The translations under genes were made by a program, and so were the position numbers. Under the pieces are notes generated by a model. The model saw only the letters and a program-made list of their open reading frames with translations, ran no database searches and had not been told where the DNA came from. From NCBI GenBank assembly GCA_963727525.1, contig CAVSGO010000003.1, positions 160,001 through 224,000 on the forward strand: 64,000 nucleotides of DNA, read 5' to 3'. This document shows positions 49,796-60,779 of this stretch, piece by piece. Origin of the DNA: an uncultured bacterium. Its GTDB lineage: Bacteria > Krumholzibacteriota > Krumholzibacteriia > LZORAL124-64-63. Positions within the stretch are counted from its first letter, which is position 1, and every line of letters begins with the position of its first letter.

Positions 49796-50197
49796 GTGGG
49801 ATTCCAATTCGTCGTCGTCCTGCTGTTCCTCGCTATCCCGGTGGTGATCGTGGGGATCGCGCTCTGGATCGGGCGCTTCCTGCGACCGAACGTTCCCGAC
49901 CCGCAGAAGGCCTCCATCTACGAGTGCGGTGAGCGCCCCATCGGCAGCGCGTGGTTCAACTTCAATCCCCGCTTCTACATGTTCGCCCTGGTCTTCATCG
50001 TCTTCGACGCGGAGATCGCGCTCACCTACCCGGTGGCCGCGGTCACGCGGAAGTGGATCGACCATGGCCACGGGTGGCTGGCCGTCGTGGAGATCGTGCT
50101 GTTCCTGACGATCCTCGTGGCCGCGCTCGGCTACATCTGGGGCAAGGGCGAGCTCGACTGGAATCGCGAGCTGCACGGTCCCGAGGAGATGCCATGA
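49796..50197 (+). CDS. nuoA: Complex I subunit A
   Basis: YECGE.P.G...[18 protein letters not shown] start after gaggt. Confidence 0.92.
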   Translation: MGFQFVVVLLFLAIPVVIVGIALWIGRFLRPNVPDPQKASIYECGERPIGSAWFNFNPRFYMFALVFIVFDAEIALTYPVAAVTRKWIDHGHGWLAVVEIVLFLTILVAALGYIWGKGELDWNRELHGPEEMP

Positions 50198-50736
50198 CGG
50201 ACGAGAACGTCTTCAACACGGTGCCCGAGGCGGGGGGCGGACCCACGATGTGCCCCACCGGAGGTGAGGCGGCACCGCTGGTCGTGACGACCCGGGCCGA
50301 CGACCTCGTCAACTGGACGCGCCAGAACTCGATCTGGTACCTCCTCTTCGCCACCGCCTGCTGCGGGATCGAGTTGATGCAGACCGGTGGTCCGCGTACC
50401 GACCTCGACCGTTTCGGCGCCGTCTTCCGTTCGACGCCGCGGCAGTCCGATCTGCTGATCGTGGCCGGCACGATCACCTACAAGATGGCCGACCGCGTGC
50501 GTCTGCTCTACGCGCAGATGGCCGAGCCCAAGTACGTCATGGCGATGGGCAGCTGCGCGAATTGTGGCGGCCTGTTCCAGCCGTCGTACTCGGTGGTGCC
50601 GGGCGTGGATGCCATCGTCCCCGTCGACATCTACCTGCCCGGTTGCCCGCCACGCCCCGAGGCGCTGAACGAGGCGATCATCCGACTCCAGGACCTGATG
50701 AAGAGCGAGCACTGGGCCGAGCGGCGCAAAGGATGA
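50194..50736 (+). CDS. nuoB: Complex I subunit B
   Basis: [26 protein letters not shown]. Confidence 0.95.
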   Translation: MTDENVFNTVPEAGGGPTMCPTGGEAAPLVVTTRADDLVNWTRQNSIWYLLFATACCGIELMQTGGPRTDLDRFGAVFRSTPRQSDLLIVAGTITYKMADRVRLLYAQMAEPKYVMAMGSCANCGGLFQPSYSVVPGVDAIVPVDIYLPGCPPRPEALNEAIIRLQDLMKSEHWAERRKG

Positions 50737-50745
50737 GGTGACCCC

Positions 50746-52425
50746 GTGACGTCTGGCGAGATCTACACGCGCGTGAGCAAGGCGCATCCCGACGCGGTGG
50801 AGGAGGTCCAGAGCGAACTCCTCGATCCCGCGATCTGCCTGCGCCCGGAGAGCCTCCACGAGGTCTGCCGCTTCCTGCGCGACGACCCCGACCTCGAGCT
50901 GCACTACCTGCGCCTGATGACGGCCACCGACCGGCCGGCGCCGAAGCCGGCCGAGGGCGAGGAGCCGCAGCCGGGATTCGTCGAGGTCGTGTACCACCTC
51001 TGGTCGTACACGAAGCGCCATGGCTGCCAGGTGCGCGTGCGCCTCGACCATGAGAACCCCTCCGTCGCCTCGGTGTGCGACCTCTGGCCGGTGGCCAACT
51101 GGCACGAGCGCGAGGCCTTCGATCTGGTGGGCGTCACGTTCACCGGTCACCCGGACCTGCGCCGCATCATGATGCCGATCGACTGGGTGGGCCATCCGCT
51201 GCGCAAGGATTACGTGCGGCCCGATCGCTACCATGGCCTGCCCACGAGCCGCGAGGCCGTGATGAGCGAGGCGCGGGTGGTGACGGCGGCCACGGCCATG
51301 CACGAGGCGAAGGGTGCGCCCGTCTCCGGCTACATGCAGATCAACATGGGGCCGCACCATCCGGCCACCCACGGCGTGATCAACTTCCTGCTCGAGACCG
51401 ACGGCGAGATCATCAAGAAGGCGTCGCCCGACGTCGGCTACCTGCACCGCGGCATCGAGAAGATCGCCGAGATCGTGGGCTACGTCGGTACCATGCCGTA
51501 CACCGACCGTGTGGATTATCTCGGCGCCATGTTCACCAACCACGGCTGGGCGCTGGCCGTGGAGAAGCTCGTGGGCATCGAGGTGCCGCGGCGAGCCGAG
51601 TTCTGCCGTGTGATCGCCAGCGAGCTGAACCGCATCGCCAGCCACCTCATCGCGACCGGCGCCCTGGCCATGGACCTCGGCGCGTTCACGCCCTTTCTGC
51701 ACTGGATCCGCGAGCGCGAGACGATCAACGATATCATGGAGCGCATCTGCGGCGCCCGGCTCACCTACAACTACATGCGCTTCGGCGGCGTGTCGCATGA
51801 TATCGATCAAGTGACGGTCGACAAGATCCTCGACTGGCTCGACCACTTCGAGCCCATGATGGGCGAGTTCGATCGCCTGATCAGCGGCAACGAGATCTTC
51901 GTGCGGCGCCTGGCCGGCGTGACGCAGATCGCGCCCGAGGATGCCATCGCCTACGGTCTGGTGGGTCCGAACCTGCGCGCCTGCGGCGTGAACTGGGACG
52001 TGCGCAAGGACGAGCCGTACTCGATATACGACGAGTTCGACTTCGACGTGGTGCTCGGCCAGGCCGTGCACGGCACGCTCGGCGATGCCTTCGACCGCTA
52101 TGACTGCCGTCTGCGCGAGATCAAGGAAAGCATCAAGATCGTCCGCCAGGCCATCGCGGCCATGCCCGAGGGAGAATTGCGGACCAAGGCGCCGAAGATC
52201 AAGCCGGCGGCCAACGAGGTATACGCCCGCGTCGAGGGACCGCGCGGCGAGTGCGGATTCTACGTTGTTGCCGATGGAACCGATAAGCCCTACCGGGCGC
52301 GCTTCCGTACCGGTTCCTTCACTGCCATGACGATCATCGAGCACCTGAGCCCCGGATTGATGATCGCGGACCTCGTCGCGCTCATCGGCTCGCTCGATGT
52401 CATCGCTCCGGAGATTGACCGGTGA
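50746..52425 (+). CDS. nuoCD: Complex I subunit C/D (one ORF as sequenced)
   Basis: NuoC motifs WHEREAFDL...GHPLRKDY, then NuoD motifs [12 protein letters not shown]...GYLHRG...EIDR. No hydrogenase CxxC motifs. Confidence 0.92.
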   Translation: MTSGEIYTRVSKAHPDAVEEVQSELLDPAICLRPESLHEVCRFLRDDPDLELHYLRLMTATDRPAPKPAEGEEPQPGFVEVVYHLWSYTKRHGCQVRVRLDHENPSVASVCDLWPVANWHEREAFDLVGVTFTGHPDLRRIMMPIDWVGHPLRKDYVRPDRYHGLPTSREAVMSEARVVTAATAMHEAKGAPVSGYMQINMGPHHPATHGVINFLLETDGEIIKKASPDVGYLHRGIEKIAEIVGYVGTMPYTDRVDYLGAMFTNHGWALAVEKLVGIEVPRRAEFCRVIASELNRIASHLIATGALAMDLGAFTPFLHWIRERETINDIMERICGARLTYNYMRFGGVSHDIDQVTVDKILDWLDHFEPMMGEFDRLISGNEIFVRRLAGVTQIAPEDAIAYGLVGPNLRACGVNWDVRKDEPYSIYDEFDFDVVLGQAVHGTLGDAFDRYDCRLREIKESIKIVRQAIAAMPEGELRTKAPKIKPAANEVYARVEGPRGECGFYVVADGTDKPYRARFRTGSFTAMTIIEHLSPGLMIADLVALIGSLDVIAPEIDR

Positions 52426-53693
52426 ACATCATCCAGCAATCGGCGGATCTACTGATCCGCGGCCTCTTCAAGGCCGATCCGGCGACGTGGCACTACACGT
52501 GGCTGGTCTACGCGGTGGTCATCGTCTTCGCGGCGTTCCTGGCCTTCGCGTTCGTCGCCATCTTCGCGGGTCCGGTGAGCTGGATCGAGCGTCGCATCGC
52601 GGCGCGCATCCAGTCGCGTATCGGACCGAACCGCGTGGGCCCGCAAGGAATTCTCCAGTGGCTCGCCGACGGCGTGAAGTGCTGGCTCAAGGAAGACCTG
52701 GTGCCGGACACGGCCGATAAGCCGCTGTTCCTGGCGGCGCCCTACCTCGTGTTCACCGGCATGTTCGGCGCTTTCGTGGTGCTGCCCTTCGGGGCGCACG
52801 TGGTGGCTGCGAACCTCGACGTGGGCGTGCTCTACATCCTAGCCATCACCTCGCTGGTGGTGGTCGGGCTCCTCATGGCCGGCTGGGGCAGCAACTCGAA
52901 GTGGGCGCTGTTCGGAGGCGTGCGCAGTGCGGCCCAGCTCGTGTCGTACGAGGTGCCGTCGGCGTTCTCGCTGCTCACCATCGTGCTCATGGCGGGGACA
53001 CTGTCCACACAGGGTATCGTGGAAGCGCAGGGCGGCTGGCCGTGGCAGTGGTTCATGTTCCGCAATCCGTTCCTCTTCGTCACCTTCTTCCTGTACTTCA
53101 CGTCGGCGATCGCCGAGGGCAACCGCACGCCGTTCGACCTGCCCGAGGCCGAGAGCGAGATCATCGCCGGGTACAATATCGAGTACTCCGGCATGCGCTT
53201 CCTCTTCTTCCTCTTCGCCGAGTGGGCCAACATCTGGATCATGACGGCCATCGCCACCTTCGCCTTCCTGGGCGGCTGGCAGATCCCAGGCGTGGCGCCC
53301 GCGACGATCGCCGCCGCGCACGGCTGGGCCTTCGTCGCCTGGCAGCTCCTGTCGTGGACGATCTTCGTGACCAAGGCGACGGTCCTGGTCTTCATCGTCA
53401 TCCAGATCCGCTGGACGCTGCCGCGCCTGCGCGTGGACCAGCTCATGATCACCTGCTGGAAATATCTCGTGCCGATGAGCATGGCCATGCTCCTGGGCGT
53501 GCTGCTGCTACTCATGCTGGTGCCTGATGGTGGCATCATCGACCTGGTGTTGCGAGGCGTGACGCTCACCGTCGGACTGCTGGCGCTGTTCGCGTACATC
53601 CGCAAGATTCGCCAGACCTTCCTGGTCGATCAGGACCACTACCAAAAGATGGAAGGACGGGGTCTATGGTACCCGCCGTACCGCCTCCCATGA
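52422..53693 (+). CDS. nuoH: Complex I subunit H
   Basis: [40 protein letters not shown]. Confidence 0.95.
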   Translation: MNIIQQSADLLIRGLFKADPATWHYTWLVYAVVIVFAAFLAFAFVAIFAGPVSWIERRIAARIQSRIGPNRVGPQGILQWLADGVKCWLKEDLVPDTADKPLFLAAPYLVFTGMFGAFVVLPFGAHVVAANLDVGVLYILAITSLVVVGLLMAGWGSNSKWALFGGVRSAAQLVSYEVPSAFSLLTIVLMAGTLSTQGIVEAQGGWPWQWFMFRNPFLFVTFFLYFTSAIAEGNRTPFDLPEAESEIIAGYNIEYSGMRFLFFLFAEWANIWIMTAIATFAFLGGWQIPGVAPATIAAAHGWAFVAWQLLSWTIFVTKATVLVFIVIQIRWTLPRLRVDQLMITCWKYLVPMSMAMLLGVLLLLMLVPDGGIIDLVLRGVTLTVGLLALFAYIRKIRQTFLVDQDHYQKMEGRGLWYPPYRLP

Positions 53694-54328
53694 GCGGGCA
53701 AGGCCCACAGGGCCGCCGGCACGGGTTCGGAGCGTACATTCACAATATCCGGCAAGCGGTCACGTCGACCTTCGAGGGTCTGACCGTGACGATGAGCTGG
53801 ATGTTCCGCCGTCCGTCCACGGTCCAGTATCCCGATCGTACCGATAAGCCGGTACAGGAGATGCTGCCGGAGAACTATCGCGGCGTGCTCGAGGTCGACC
53901 TCGATCGTTGCACGGCCTGCATGCTTTGCCAGAAGTCGTGCCCGCTCGGGTGCATCAGCATCGAGACCTGCAAGCATCCCGAGGGCGGCCGCGAGATGTC
54001 GAAGTTCGACATCGACATCGGCCTGTGCATGTACTGCGGGCTGTGCGCCGAGGCGTGCAACTTCGACGCGCTCGTGCACACGAACGAGTTCGAGGCGGCC
54101 GTCGACAACGCGGAGAAGCTCGTGCTGCACTTCGTGGACAAGCCGCGTCCGGTCGTCAAGGCCAAGGCGCCGGAGATGCCGCCGCGGCAGCCGCGTGGCG
54201 CGATCCTCAAGGCGCTCATCCCCGGGTTCGGCAAGCGTCAGCCCGGAACGATGCCGGAGCCGCAGCCGCGTCCCGCGCCGCCGCCGGCACCGGAGCAGCC
54301 CGACAAGAAACCGGAGGGCGACGCATGA
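53690..54328 (+). CDS. nuoI: Complex I subunit I
   Basis: CTACMLCQKSCP and CMYCGLCAEAC. Confidence 0.93.
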   Translation: MSGQGPQGRRHGFGAYIHNIRQAVTSTFEGLTVTMSWMFRRPSTVQYPDRTDKPVQEMLPENYRGVLEVDLDRCTACMLCQKSCPLGCISIETCKHPEGGREMSKFDIDIGLCMYCGLCAEACNFDALVHTNEFEAAVDNAEKLVLHFVDKPRPVVKAKAPEMPPRQPRGAILKALIPGFGKRQPGTMPEPQPRPAPPPAPEQPDKKPEGDA

Positions 54329-54867
54329 TCCCGCCATTCGTCCACGCGATCCTCTTCTACGCCTTTGCGGGGCTGGCCCTCGCCGGCGGATGCCTGGTGG
54401 CCTTCTCGCGGAACATCGTGCACAGCGCCTTCGCGCTGCTGGGCGCCTTCGTGGGCGTGGCCGGGCTGTACGCTTTCCTGTCGGCCGATTTCCTGGCCGT
54501 GATCCAGCTCATGGTGTACGTGGGCGGCGTGCTCATCCTGATCCTGTTCGCCGTCATGCTCACGGCGCGGATCGACGAGGCCCGCATCTCCAACCCGACG
54601 ATCGGACGCGTGCCGGGCATGGCGCTGTTGCTGGTCATGGGCGCCCTGCTCGTCTACGCGAGCCTGAAGACCTTCGCCGGTCATCCGGTGCCAGCGCCAG
54701 CGGGACCGACCACGGCGGGCATCGGTGACGCGCTGCTGAGCCGCTTCATCTTGCCGTTCGAGGTGATCTCGGTGCTGCTGCTGGCGGCGCTGCTGGGTGC
54801 GGTGACCATCGCCGGCGACCGGTTGCGCAAGCCTGACACGAGCACCGACGAGGAGGGGCCGGCGTGA
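54325..54867 (+). CDS. nuoJ: Complex I subunit J
   Basis: NIVHSA, QLMVYVGGV, PFEVISVLLL. Confidence 0.92.
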   Translation: MIPPFVHAILFYAFAGLALAGGCLVAFSRNIVHSAFALLGAFVGVAGLYAFLSADFLAVIQLMVYVGGVLILILFAVMLTARIDEARISNPTIGRVPGMALLLVMGALLVYASLKTFAGHPVPAPAGPTTAGIGDALLSRFILPFEVISVLLLAALLGAVTIAGDRLRKPDTSTDEEGPA

Positions 54868-55172
54868 GTATCGGACTCGGGCATTTCGTGGTCGTGGCCG
54901 CGCTGCTCTTCGCGCTCGGGCTCTACTGCCTGGTCACGCGGCGTAACGCCGTGGCCATCCTCATGGGCGTGGAGCTGGTGCTCAACGCGGCGCTGCTGAA
55001 TCTGGTGGCTTTCTCGCGCTACGTGCACGGACAGCCCGACGGACAGATCTTCGCACTCTTCGGGATCGTGCTCGCCGCGGCGGAAGCCGTGGTCGCGCTC
55101 GCGCTCGTCCTGCAGTTCTATCGCGCGTTCCGCTCCGTCGACACCACCGAGTCGCCGGAACTGAAGGGGTAG
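54864..55172 (+). CDS. nuoK: Complex I subunit K
   Basis: RRNAVAILMGVELVLN, AAAEAVV. Confidence 0.93.
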   Translation: MSIGLGHFVVVAALLFALGLYCLVTRRNAVAILMGVELVLNAALLNLVAFSRYVHGQPDGQIFALFGIVLAAAEAVVALALVLQFYRAFRSVDTTESPELKG

Positions 55173-55175
55173 GCC

Positions 55176-57446
55176 ATGCACCTGGTTGCATACCCGCTCG
55201 GACTGATCCCGCTGTTGCCGCTGATCGGCGCCGCGTATTCGGGGCTGTTCGGCATACGGCTGCAGCGGCGGTATGGTGAGGCGGCCATCTACTGGCCGAC
55301 GATCCTGCTGCCGTGGGCCTCGTTCGTGATCGCGCTGATCGGCGTGGTGAAGCTGGCCGGCGCCGGCCCGGAGGCCGCGCTGTACCACAACGTGTGGTCG
55401 TGGCTCCACGTGGGTGCGTTGCGGGCCGACGTCGCGTTCCAGATGGACCGTCTCTCGGCGGTGATGGTGCTCGTCGTCACCTTCGTCGGCAGCCTCATCC
55501 ACATCTACTCGCGCGGCTACATGAAGGGCGATCCCGAGTTCTGGCGTTTCTTCTCGCACCTGAATCTCTTCATGTTCGCCATGCTTACGCTGGTGCTGGG
55601 CGACAACTTCCTGCTCATGTTCGTGGGCTGGGAAGGCGTGGGTCTGTGCAGCTACCTGCTCATAGGCTTCTGGTACCGCGATGCGAAGAACGCCGTCGCC
55701 GGCATGAAGGCCTTCATCGTCAACCGCGTGGGCGACTACGGCTTCTCGCTGGGCCTGTTTGCGCTGTTCTGGGGCCTGGCCCTGGCGCCGATGTCGCACA
55801 CGTCGGCCGTGGCCGAGCATGGGAGCGAGCACGCAGCCGCGGTCGCGGAGCAGAGCGAGGCGATGACCGAAACTCACGGCGCGGCCGACGGCCACTCCAT
55901 GGCCGCGTCGCACGAGGATCTGCCCACCACCAGCATCGTCTTCCGCGAGGTGCAGGAGATCGTCCAGGATCCGGCCCGCCGCGGCGGCATCCTGGGGCTG
56001 AAGATTTGGGGCGTGTCACTCATCACCCTGGTGTGCTTGCTCTTCTTCGTGGGCGCCACGGGCAAGTCGGCGCAGATCCCGCTCTATGTCTGGTTGCCCG
56101 ATGCCATGGCCGGGCCCACGCCCGTGTCGGCCCTCATCCATGCGGCCACGATGGTCACAGCGGGCGTCTACATGGTGGCGCGATTGCACTTTCTCTTCGC
56201 CGCCAGTCCCATAGCGATGACCACGGTGGCCACCGTCGGCGCCGTGACGGCGCTCTTCGCCGCCACCATCGGTCTCTTCCAGTACGACATCAAGAAGGTG
56301 CTGGCATACTCCACCGTGAGCCAGCTCGGTTACATGTTCCTGGCCGTGGGCACCGGCGCCTACTGGGTGGGCATCTTCCACCTGATGACGCACGCCTTCT
56401 TCAAGGCCTGCCTCTTCCTCTGCTCGGGCAGCGTGATCCTGGGCTGCCACCATGAGCAGGACATGCGGCACATGGGCGGTTTGCGCAAGCTCATGCCGAT
56501 CACGGCCGTGACATATCTGCTGGCGTCGTGCGCCATCGCCGGCTTCCCGTTCTTCTCGGGCTTCTTCTCGAAGGACGAGATCCTCTGGAAGGCCTTCGAC
56601 TCCGATAACATCCTGCTGCCCGGCCACGGCACGATCCTGTGGGCCCTGGGCGCCATCGCCGCTCTGTGCACCAGCTATTACATGTTCCGCACGTACTACA
56701 TGACGTTCAGCGGGAAGTACCGTGGCGGCCAGGCTCATGGACACGGCCACGACGGCCACGACGACCACGACCACAGCCAGGCGCACACCCCGCACGAGTC
56801 GCCGCGGTCGATGACGTACGTCCTCGTGGTGCTCGCGGCGCTCGCCGTGGTCGGTGGTTTCGTGGGTCTACCGGAGCTGTGGGGCCTGCCGAACTACTTC
56901 GAGGCGTGGCTGGAGCCCGTGTTCGAGGGCTCGCATCATCTGATCAGGTCGGCTGGACATACGCACGGCGTGGAATGGGGACTGATGTTCCTGTCGATCG
57001 GCATCGCCTTCACGGGCTTCCTGATCGCGCGCTGGCTGTACCGCGACAACAAGAACCCCGTTCCGGCGCGCGTGCTGGCGAATGAGAACGGGTTCGTGCG
57101 CGGCTTCCACAAGACGGTCTTCAACAAGTACTACGTGGACGAGTTCTACAACGCGGTCTTCGTCATGGGCGCGCGGCGGCTATCGACGCTGCTTTCGGCG
57201 ATCGACCGCAACGTGGTCGACGGCATCGTGAACCTGTGGGGTACCATCGGGCGCACGCTGTCGAACTGGCAGGGCGCGATCGACCGCTACGTGGTCGATG
57301 GCGCGGTGAACGCGGTCGGTTCTCTCGTGATCCAGTCGGGACGGAATCTTCGCAAGATCCAGACCGGCCGGATCCAGTCGTACGTCTTCGGCCTCAGCGC
57401 CGGATTCGTGATTCTCGTGGTAGTTAGCTATCTGCTGGCCACTTAA
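55176..57446 (+). CDS. nuoL: Complex I subunit L
   Basis: GWEGVGLCSY, GKSAQIPLYVWLPDAMAGPTPVSALIHAATMV, HAFFKA. Confidence 0.95.
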   Translation: MHLVAYPLGLIPLLPLIGAAYSGLFGIRLQRRYGEAAIYWPTILLPWASFVIALIGVVKLAGAGPEAALYHNVWSWLHVGALRADVAFQMDRLSAVMVLVVTFVGSLIHIYSRGYMKGDPEFWRFFSHLNLFMFAMLTLVLGDNFLLMFVGWEGVGLCSYLLIGFWYRDAKNAVAGMKAFIVNRVGDYGFSLGLFALFWGLALAPMSHTSAVAEHGSEHAAAVAEQSEAMTETHGAADGHSMAASHEDLPTTSIVFREVQEIVQDPARRGGILGLKIWGVSLITLVCLLFFVGATGKSAQIPLYVWLPDAMAGPTPVSALIHAATMVTAGVYMVARLHFLFAASPIAMTTVATVGAVTALFAATIGLFQYDIKKVLAYSTVSQLGYMFLAVGTGAYWVGIFHLMTHAFFKACLFLCSGSVILGCHHEQDMRHMGGLRKLMPITAVTYLLASCAIAGFPFFSGFFSKDEILWKAFDSDNILLPGHGTILWALGAIAALCTSYYMFRTYYMTFSGKYRGGQAHGHGHDGHDDHDHSQAHTPHESPRSMTYVLVVLAALAVVGGFVGLPELWGLPNYFEAWLEPVFEGSHHLIRSAGHTHGVEWGLMFLSIGIAFTGFLIARWLYRDNKNPVPARVLANENGFVRGFHKTVFNKYYVDEFYNAVFVMGARRLSTLLSAIDRNVVDGIVNLWGTIGRTLSNWQGAIDRYVVDGAVNAVGSLVIQSGRNLRKIQTGRIQSYVFGLSAGFVILVVVSYLLAT

Positions 57447-57463
57447 GGCCCGTAGGGGGCAGC

Positions 57464-59125
57464 ATGGATTTCCCGACAACGAGCACGTTTCTGAGCTGGA
57501 TGATCTTCACGCCGTTGATGGGCGTGGGCGCAATCCTGGTGTTCATCGCGCTGCGGCCCATGCTGGGCAAGGCGCTGGTGGACAACCTCGCCCGCGCCAC
57601 GGCGCTCATCTGTTCGCTCATCGTGACGGTGGAGGCCTTCATCCTGTGGGGCGGTTTCCACAACGGTGAGGGCGCGATGCAGTTCGTGCACCACGGCGTG
57701 TGGATCAAGCAGTGGAGCATCGAGTACTTCGTCGGCGTCGACGGGCTCTCGATCTCCATGGTCATCCTGACGGCGATCGTGTTCCTGGTCGGTGCCATCG
57801 CGTCGGTGCCCTGGTGGGGCCGCCTCGACGATGCCCATCATCCGCACTTCTCGAAGAAGAAGACGCCGGGCTACATGATCCTCTTCCTGCTGCTCGAGAT
57901 GGGCGTGCTCGGCACCTTCTGCGCCCTCGACTTCTTCCTCTTCTACGTGTTCTGGGAAGTGATGCTGCTGCCCATGTATTTCCTCATCGGCATCTGGGGC
58001 GCGCCCCCGCGTGTCGAGGAAGGCGGGCGCGTGCGTGGCGGCCCGTACGCGGCGATCAAGTTCTTCCTCTACACCCTGGCCGGCTCGGTGCTGATGCTGC
58101 TGGCGATGATCGCCATCTACCACAACTCCGGCCCCTCGGTGCTGGCCGACGGCAGCGCGAGCGAGCACACCTTCAATGTCATGCGGCTCACGGAGATGTT
58201 CAAGGCGGGGTACTTCGCACACGCGCCGTCTCTCTTCGGGCTGGCTTTCGTGCAGCTAGTGTTCGTGGCGCTGTTCATCGGCTTCTCGATCAAGGTCCCC
58301 ATGTTCCCCTTCCACACGTGGTTGCCCGATGCCCACGTCGACGCGCCCACACCCATCTCCGTCATCCTGGCCGGCATCCTGCTGAAGACCGGCATGTACG
58401 GCATGCTGCGCTTCAATCTGCAGATGCTGTCGCCAGCGATGGAGTGGGCGGCCTTCGGCATCGGCGTGCTGGGCGTGATCAACATCGTGTACGGCGCCTT
58501 CGTCTGCATGGCGCAGAAGGACCTCAAGAAGCTCATCGCGTACTCATCGGTGTCGCACATGGGCTTCTGCCTGCTCGGCCTCGCCGCCCTCACGCCCCAG
58601 GGCCTGATGGGCTGCATCTTCCAGATGTTCTCGCACGGTATCATCTCGCCGATGCTCTTCCTCGTGGCCGGCGTGATCTACGACCGCGCCCACACCCGCG
58701 AGATCAATGGCTTCGGCGGCCTGGCCGAGAAGCTGCCCGAATACACCGGCATCACGGGCCTGGCCTTCATGGCGTCGCTGGGGCTGCCGGGTCTGGCCGG
58801 CTTCGTGGGCGAGGTGCTCGTGTTTCTGGGCGGCTTCGGCGCGGTCAATACGTCATTCCGGGTGCTGGTCGCCATCTCCGCCCTCGCGGTGATCATCACA
58901 GCGGCGTACTACCTGTGGACCATGCAGCGCATGTTCCTGGGCAAGCTCAACGAGAAGTGGGCCGGCCTGTGGGACATGAACTGGCGTGAGCGCATGACGT
59001 TGTACCCGCTGGCCGCGGTGACGATCGTGCTGGGCGTGTACCCGACGCCGATCTTCAACCTGGTGAGCACGTCGCTGAACCAGGTCCTGTCGGTGGTGGC
59101 CGGCGCGCTGCACGCGGGCCAGTAG
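57464..59125 (+). CDS. nuoM: Complex I subunit M
   Basis: FYVFWE, KVPMFPFHTWLPDAH, IAYSSVSHMG. Confidence 0.95.
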   Translation: MDFPTTSTFLSWMIFTPLMGVGAILVFIALRPMLGKALVDNLARATALICSLIVTVEAFILWGGFHNGEGAMQFVHHGVWIKQWSIEYFVGVDGLSISMVILTAIVFLVGAIASVPWWGRLDDAHHPHFSKKKTPGYMILFLLLEMGVLGTFCALDFFLFYVFWEVMLLPMYFLIGIWGAPPRVEEGGRVRGGPYAAIKFFLYTLAGSVLMLLAMIAIYHNSGPSVLADGSASEHTFNVMRLTEMFKAGYFAHAPSLFGLAFVQLVFVALFIGFSIKVPMFPFHTWLPDAHVDAPTPISVILAGILLKTGMYGMLRFNLQMLSPAMEWAAFGIGVLGVINIVYGAFVCMAQKDLKKLIAYSSVSHMGFCLLGLAALTPQGLMGCIFQMFSHGIISPMLFLVAGVIYDRAHTREINGFGGLAEKLPEYTGITGLAFMASLGLPGLAGFVGEVLVFLGGFGAVNTSFRVLVAISALAVIITAAYYLWTMQRMFLGKLNEKWAGLWDMNWRERMTLYPLAAVTIVLGVYPTPIFNLVSTSLNQVLSVVAGALHAGQ

Positions 59126-59137
59126 AAAGGAACGTCG

Positions 59138-60642
59138 ATGACGCCCGACCTTTCCGGACTCGGCGCGACCACGGGACTCCTGCCCGAGTTCGTGCTCGCG
59201 GCCACGATCCTGGTGCTCGTCGTGCTCGACGTGGCGCTGCGGCGGCACGCGCAGCGGCACACCGCGCTGCTCGTGGCCACGATGCTCGGCCTCGCGGCCT
59301 CGGCGCTGTCGATCCTGGCCGTGCCCATCGGGCCGCAGCCGCTGTTCTACGGCATGGTGGTGGCCGACAGCTTCGCCGTCTTCATCATGGGCCTGGTGAC
59401 GATCGCCGCCCTGGTGGGCACGGTGTTCGCGGCGTTGTCGCCGGAGATCCGTCGCAATCAATACGGCGAGTACCTCATCCTCATCCTCTGCCTGACGATG
59501 GGCATGGGCTTGCTCGCGGCGTCGAAGAACCTGCTGATGATCTACCTGTCGCTCGAGCTGGTGTCGCTGCCGTCGTACATCCTCGCCGGCTTCCGGCGCG
59601 GCGACCATCGCTCCAGCGAGGCGGCCCTGAAGTACGTGATCTTCGGCGCAGCGGCCTCGGGCTTCATGCTCTACGGCTTCTCACTGCTCTACGGCATGGC
59701 CGGCACCCTCGACCTCGACGGCATTGGCCGCACCGTGGTCGAGGGGCACGCAGCGGTGGCCTCCCCTCGCACTTCGTGGTGGTGGTGGCCGTGCTGCTCT
59801 CCCTGGCCGGCTTCGCCTACAAGGTGGCGGCGGTGCCCTTCCACATGTGGTGCCCCGATGTGTACGAGGGCGCGCCCACGCCGTTCGTGGCCTTCCTCTC
59901 GGTGGCTCCCAAGGCTGCCGGCTTCGCCGCCCTGCTGCGCTTCGTCCTGATGGGCTTCGGCGCGTCGACCGGCTTTGCCGCGGCGAACGAGTTCCCGTGG
60001 CCGCTCGTGCTCGGCATGCTGTCCATCGCCACGATGACGGTGGGCAACTTCGCGGCCGTCACCCAGACCAACGTCAAGCGCATGCTCGCCTATTCGAGCA
60101 TCGCTCACGCCGGCTACATGCTCATGGCCGCCGCCGTGGGCAGCCCGCTGGCGATCAAGGGTATCCTGATCTACCTGCCCATCTACCTGCTGATGAACAT
60201 GGGTGCTTTCTTCGTCGTCATGGTCGTGCGCGAACGCACGGGTTCCGAGACGGTGGACGCCTTCCGCGGTCTGGGGCAACGCTCGCCGTACCTGGCCGTC
60301 GTGATGGCCGTGTTCCTGTTCTCGCTCACCGGCCTGCCGCCATTTGCGGGCTTCATCGGCAAGTTCTTCCTCTTCGCCGCCGCCCTGCAGACCGGCAGCG
60401 TGTTCTTCTACGCCGTGGCCATCATCGGCGTGCTGAACTCCGTGGTGTCGCTCTACTACTACGCCCGCATCGTGCGCGCCTGCTTCCTCGAGAAGGCGGA
60501 GGAAGGCCACGACGGCGTCGTCCTGGTGGCGGCTCCGGCCACCGCCATCCTCGGCGTCCTCGCCCTGCCCACCCTCCTGCTAGGCATCTGGTGGGGTCCC
60601 CTGCTAGGCGTGGTGGAGAAGGCGGTGCTGCTGGCGCGGTAG
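59138..60642 (+). CDS. nuoN: Complex I subunit N, split by a single frameshift near 59741-59748
   Basis: N-half (ELVSLPSY, SEAALKY) lies in the 59138 frame. C-half (KVAAVPFHMWCPDVYEGAPTP, KRMLAYSS) lies in the -1 frame. Confidence 0.9.
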
Positions 60643-60666
60643 GGCGCCCGTAGAGATCGCATGGTC

Positions 60667-60702
60667 AGGGCGGTACCCGGACGGGTGCCGCCCTTTCGCT
60701 TT
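60667..60702 (+). terminator. Intrinsic terminator of the nuo operon
   Basis: agggcggtaccc-ggac-gggtgccgccct followed by ttcgcttt. Confidence 0.75.
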
Positions 60703-60779
60703 GATCCCACTCTCCTGGTACGTTACCTTTCACCGGGGGGCATCTGTCGGCCGGATCACGCAGCCGGGGGATCTGCGTC

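Noticed and set aside
50746-52425. Group 4 [NiFe]-hydrogenase large subunit
   Set aside because: No N- or C-terminal CxxC motifs; it ends EIDR like NuoD.
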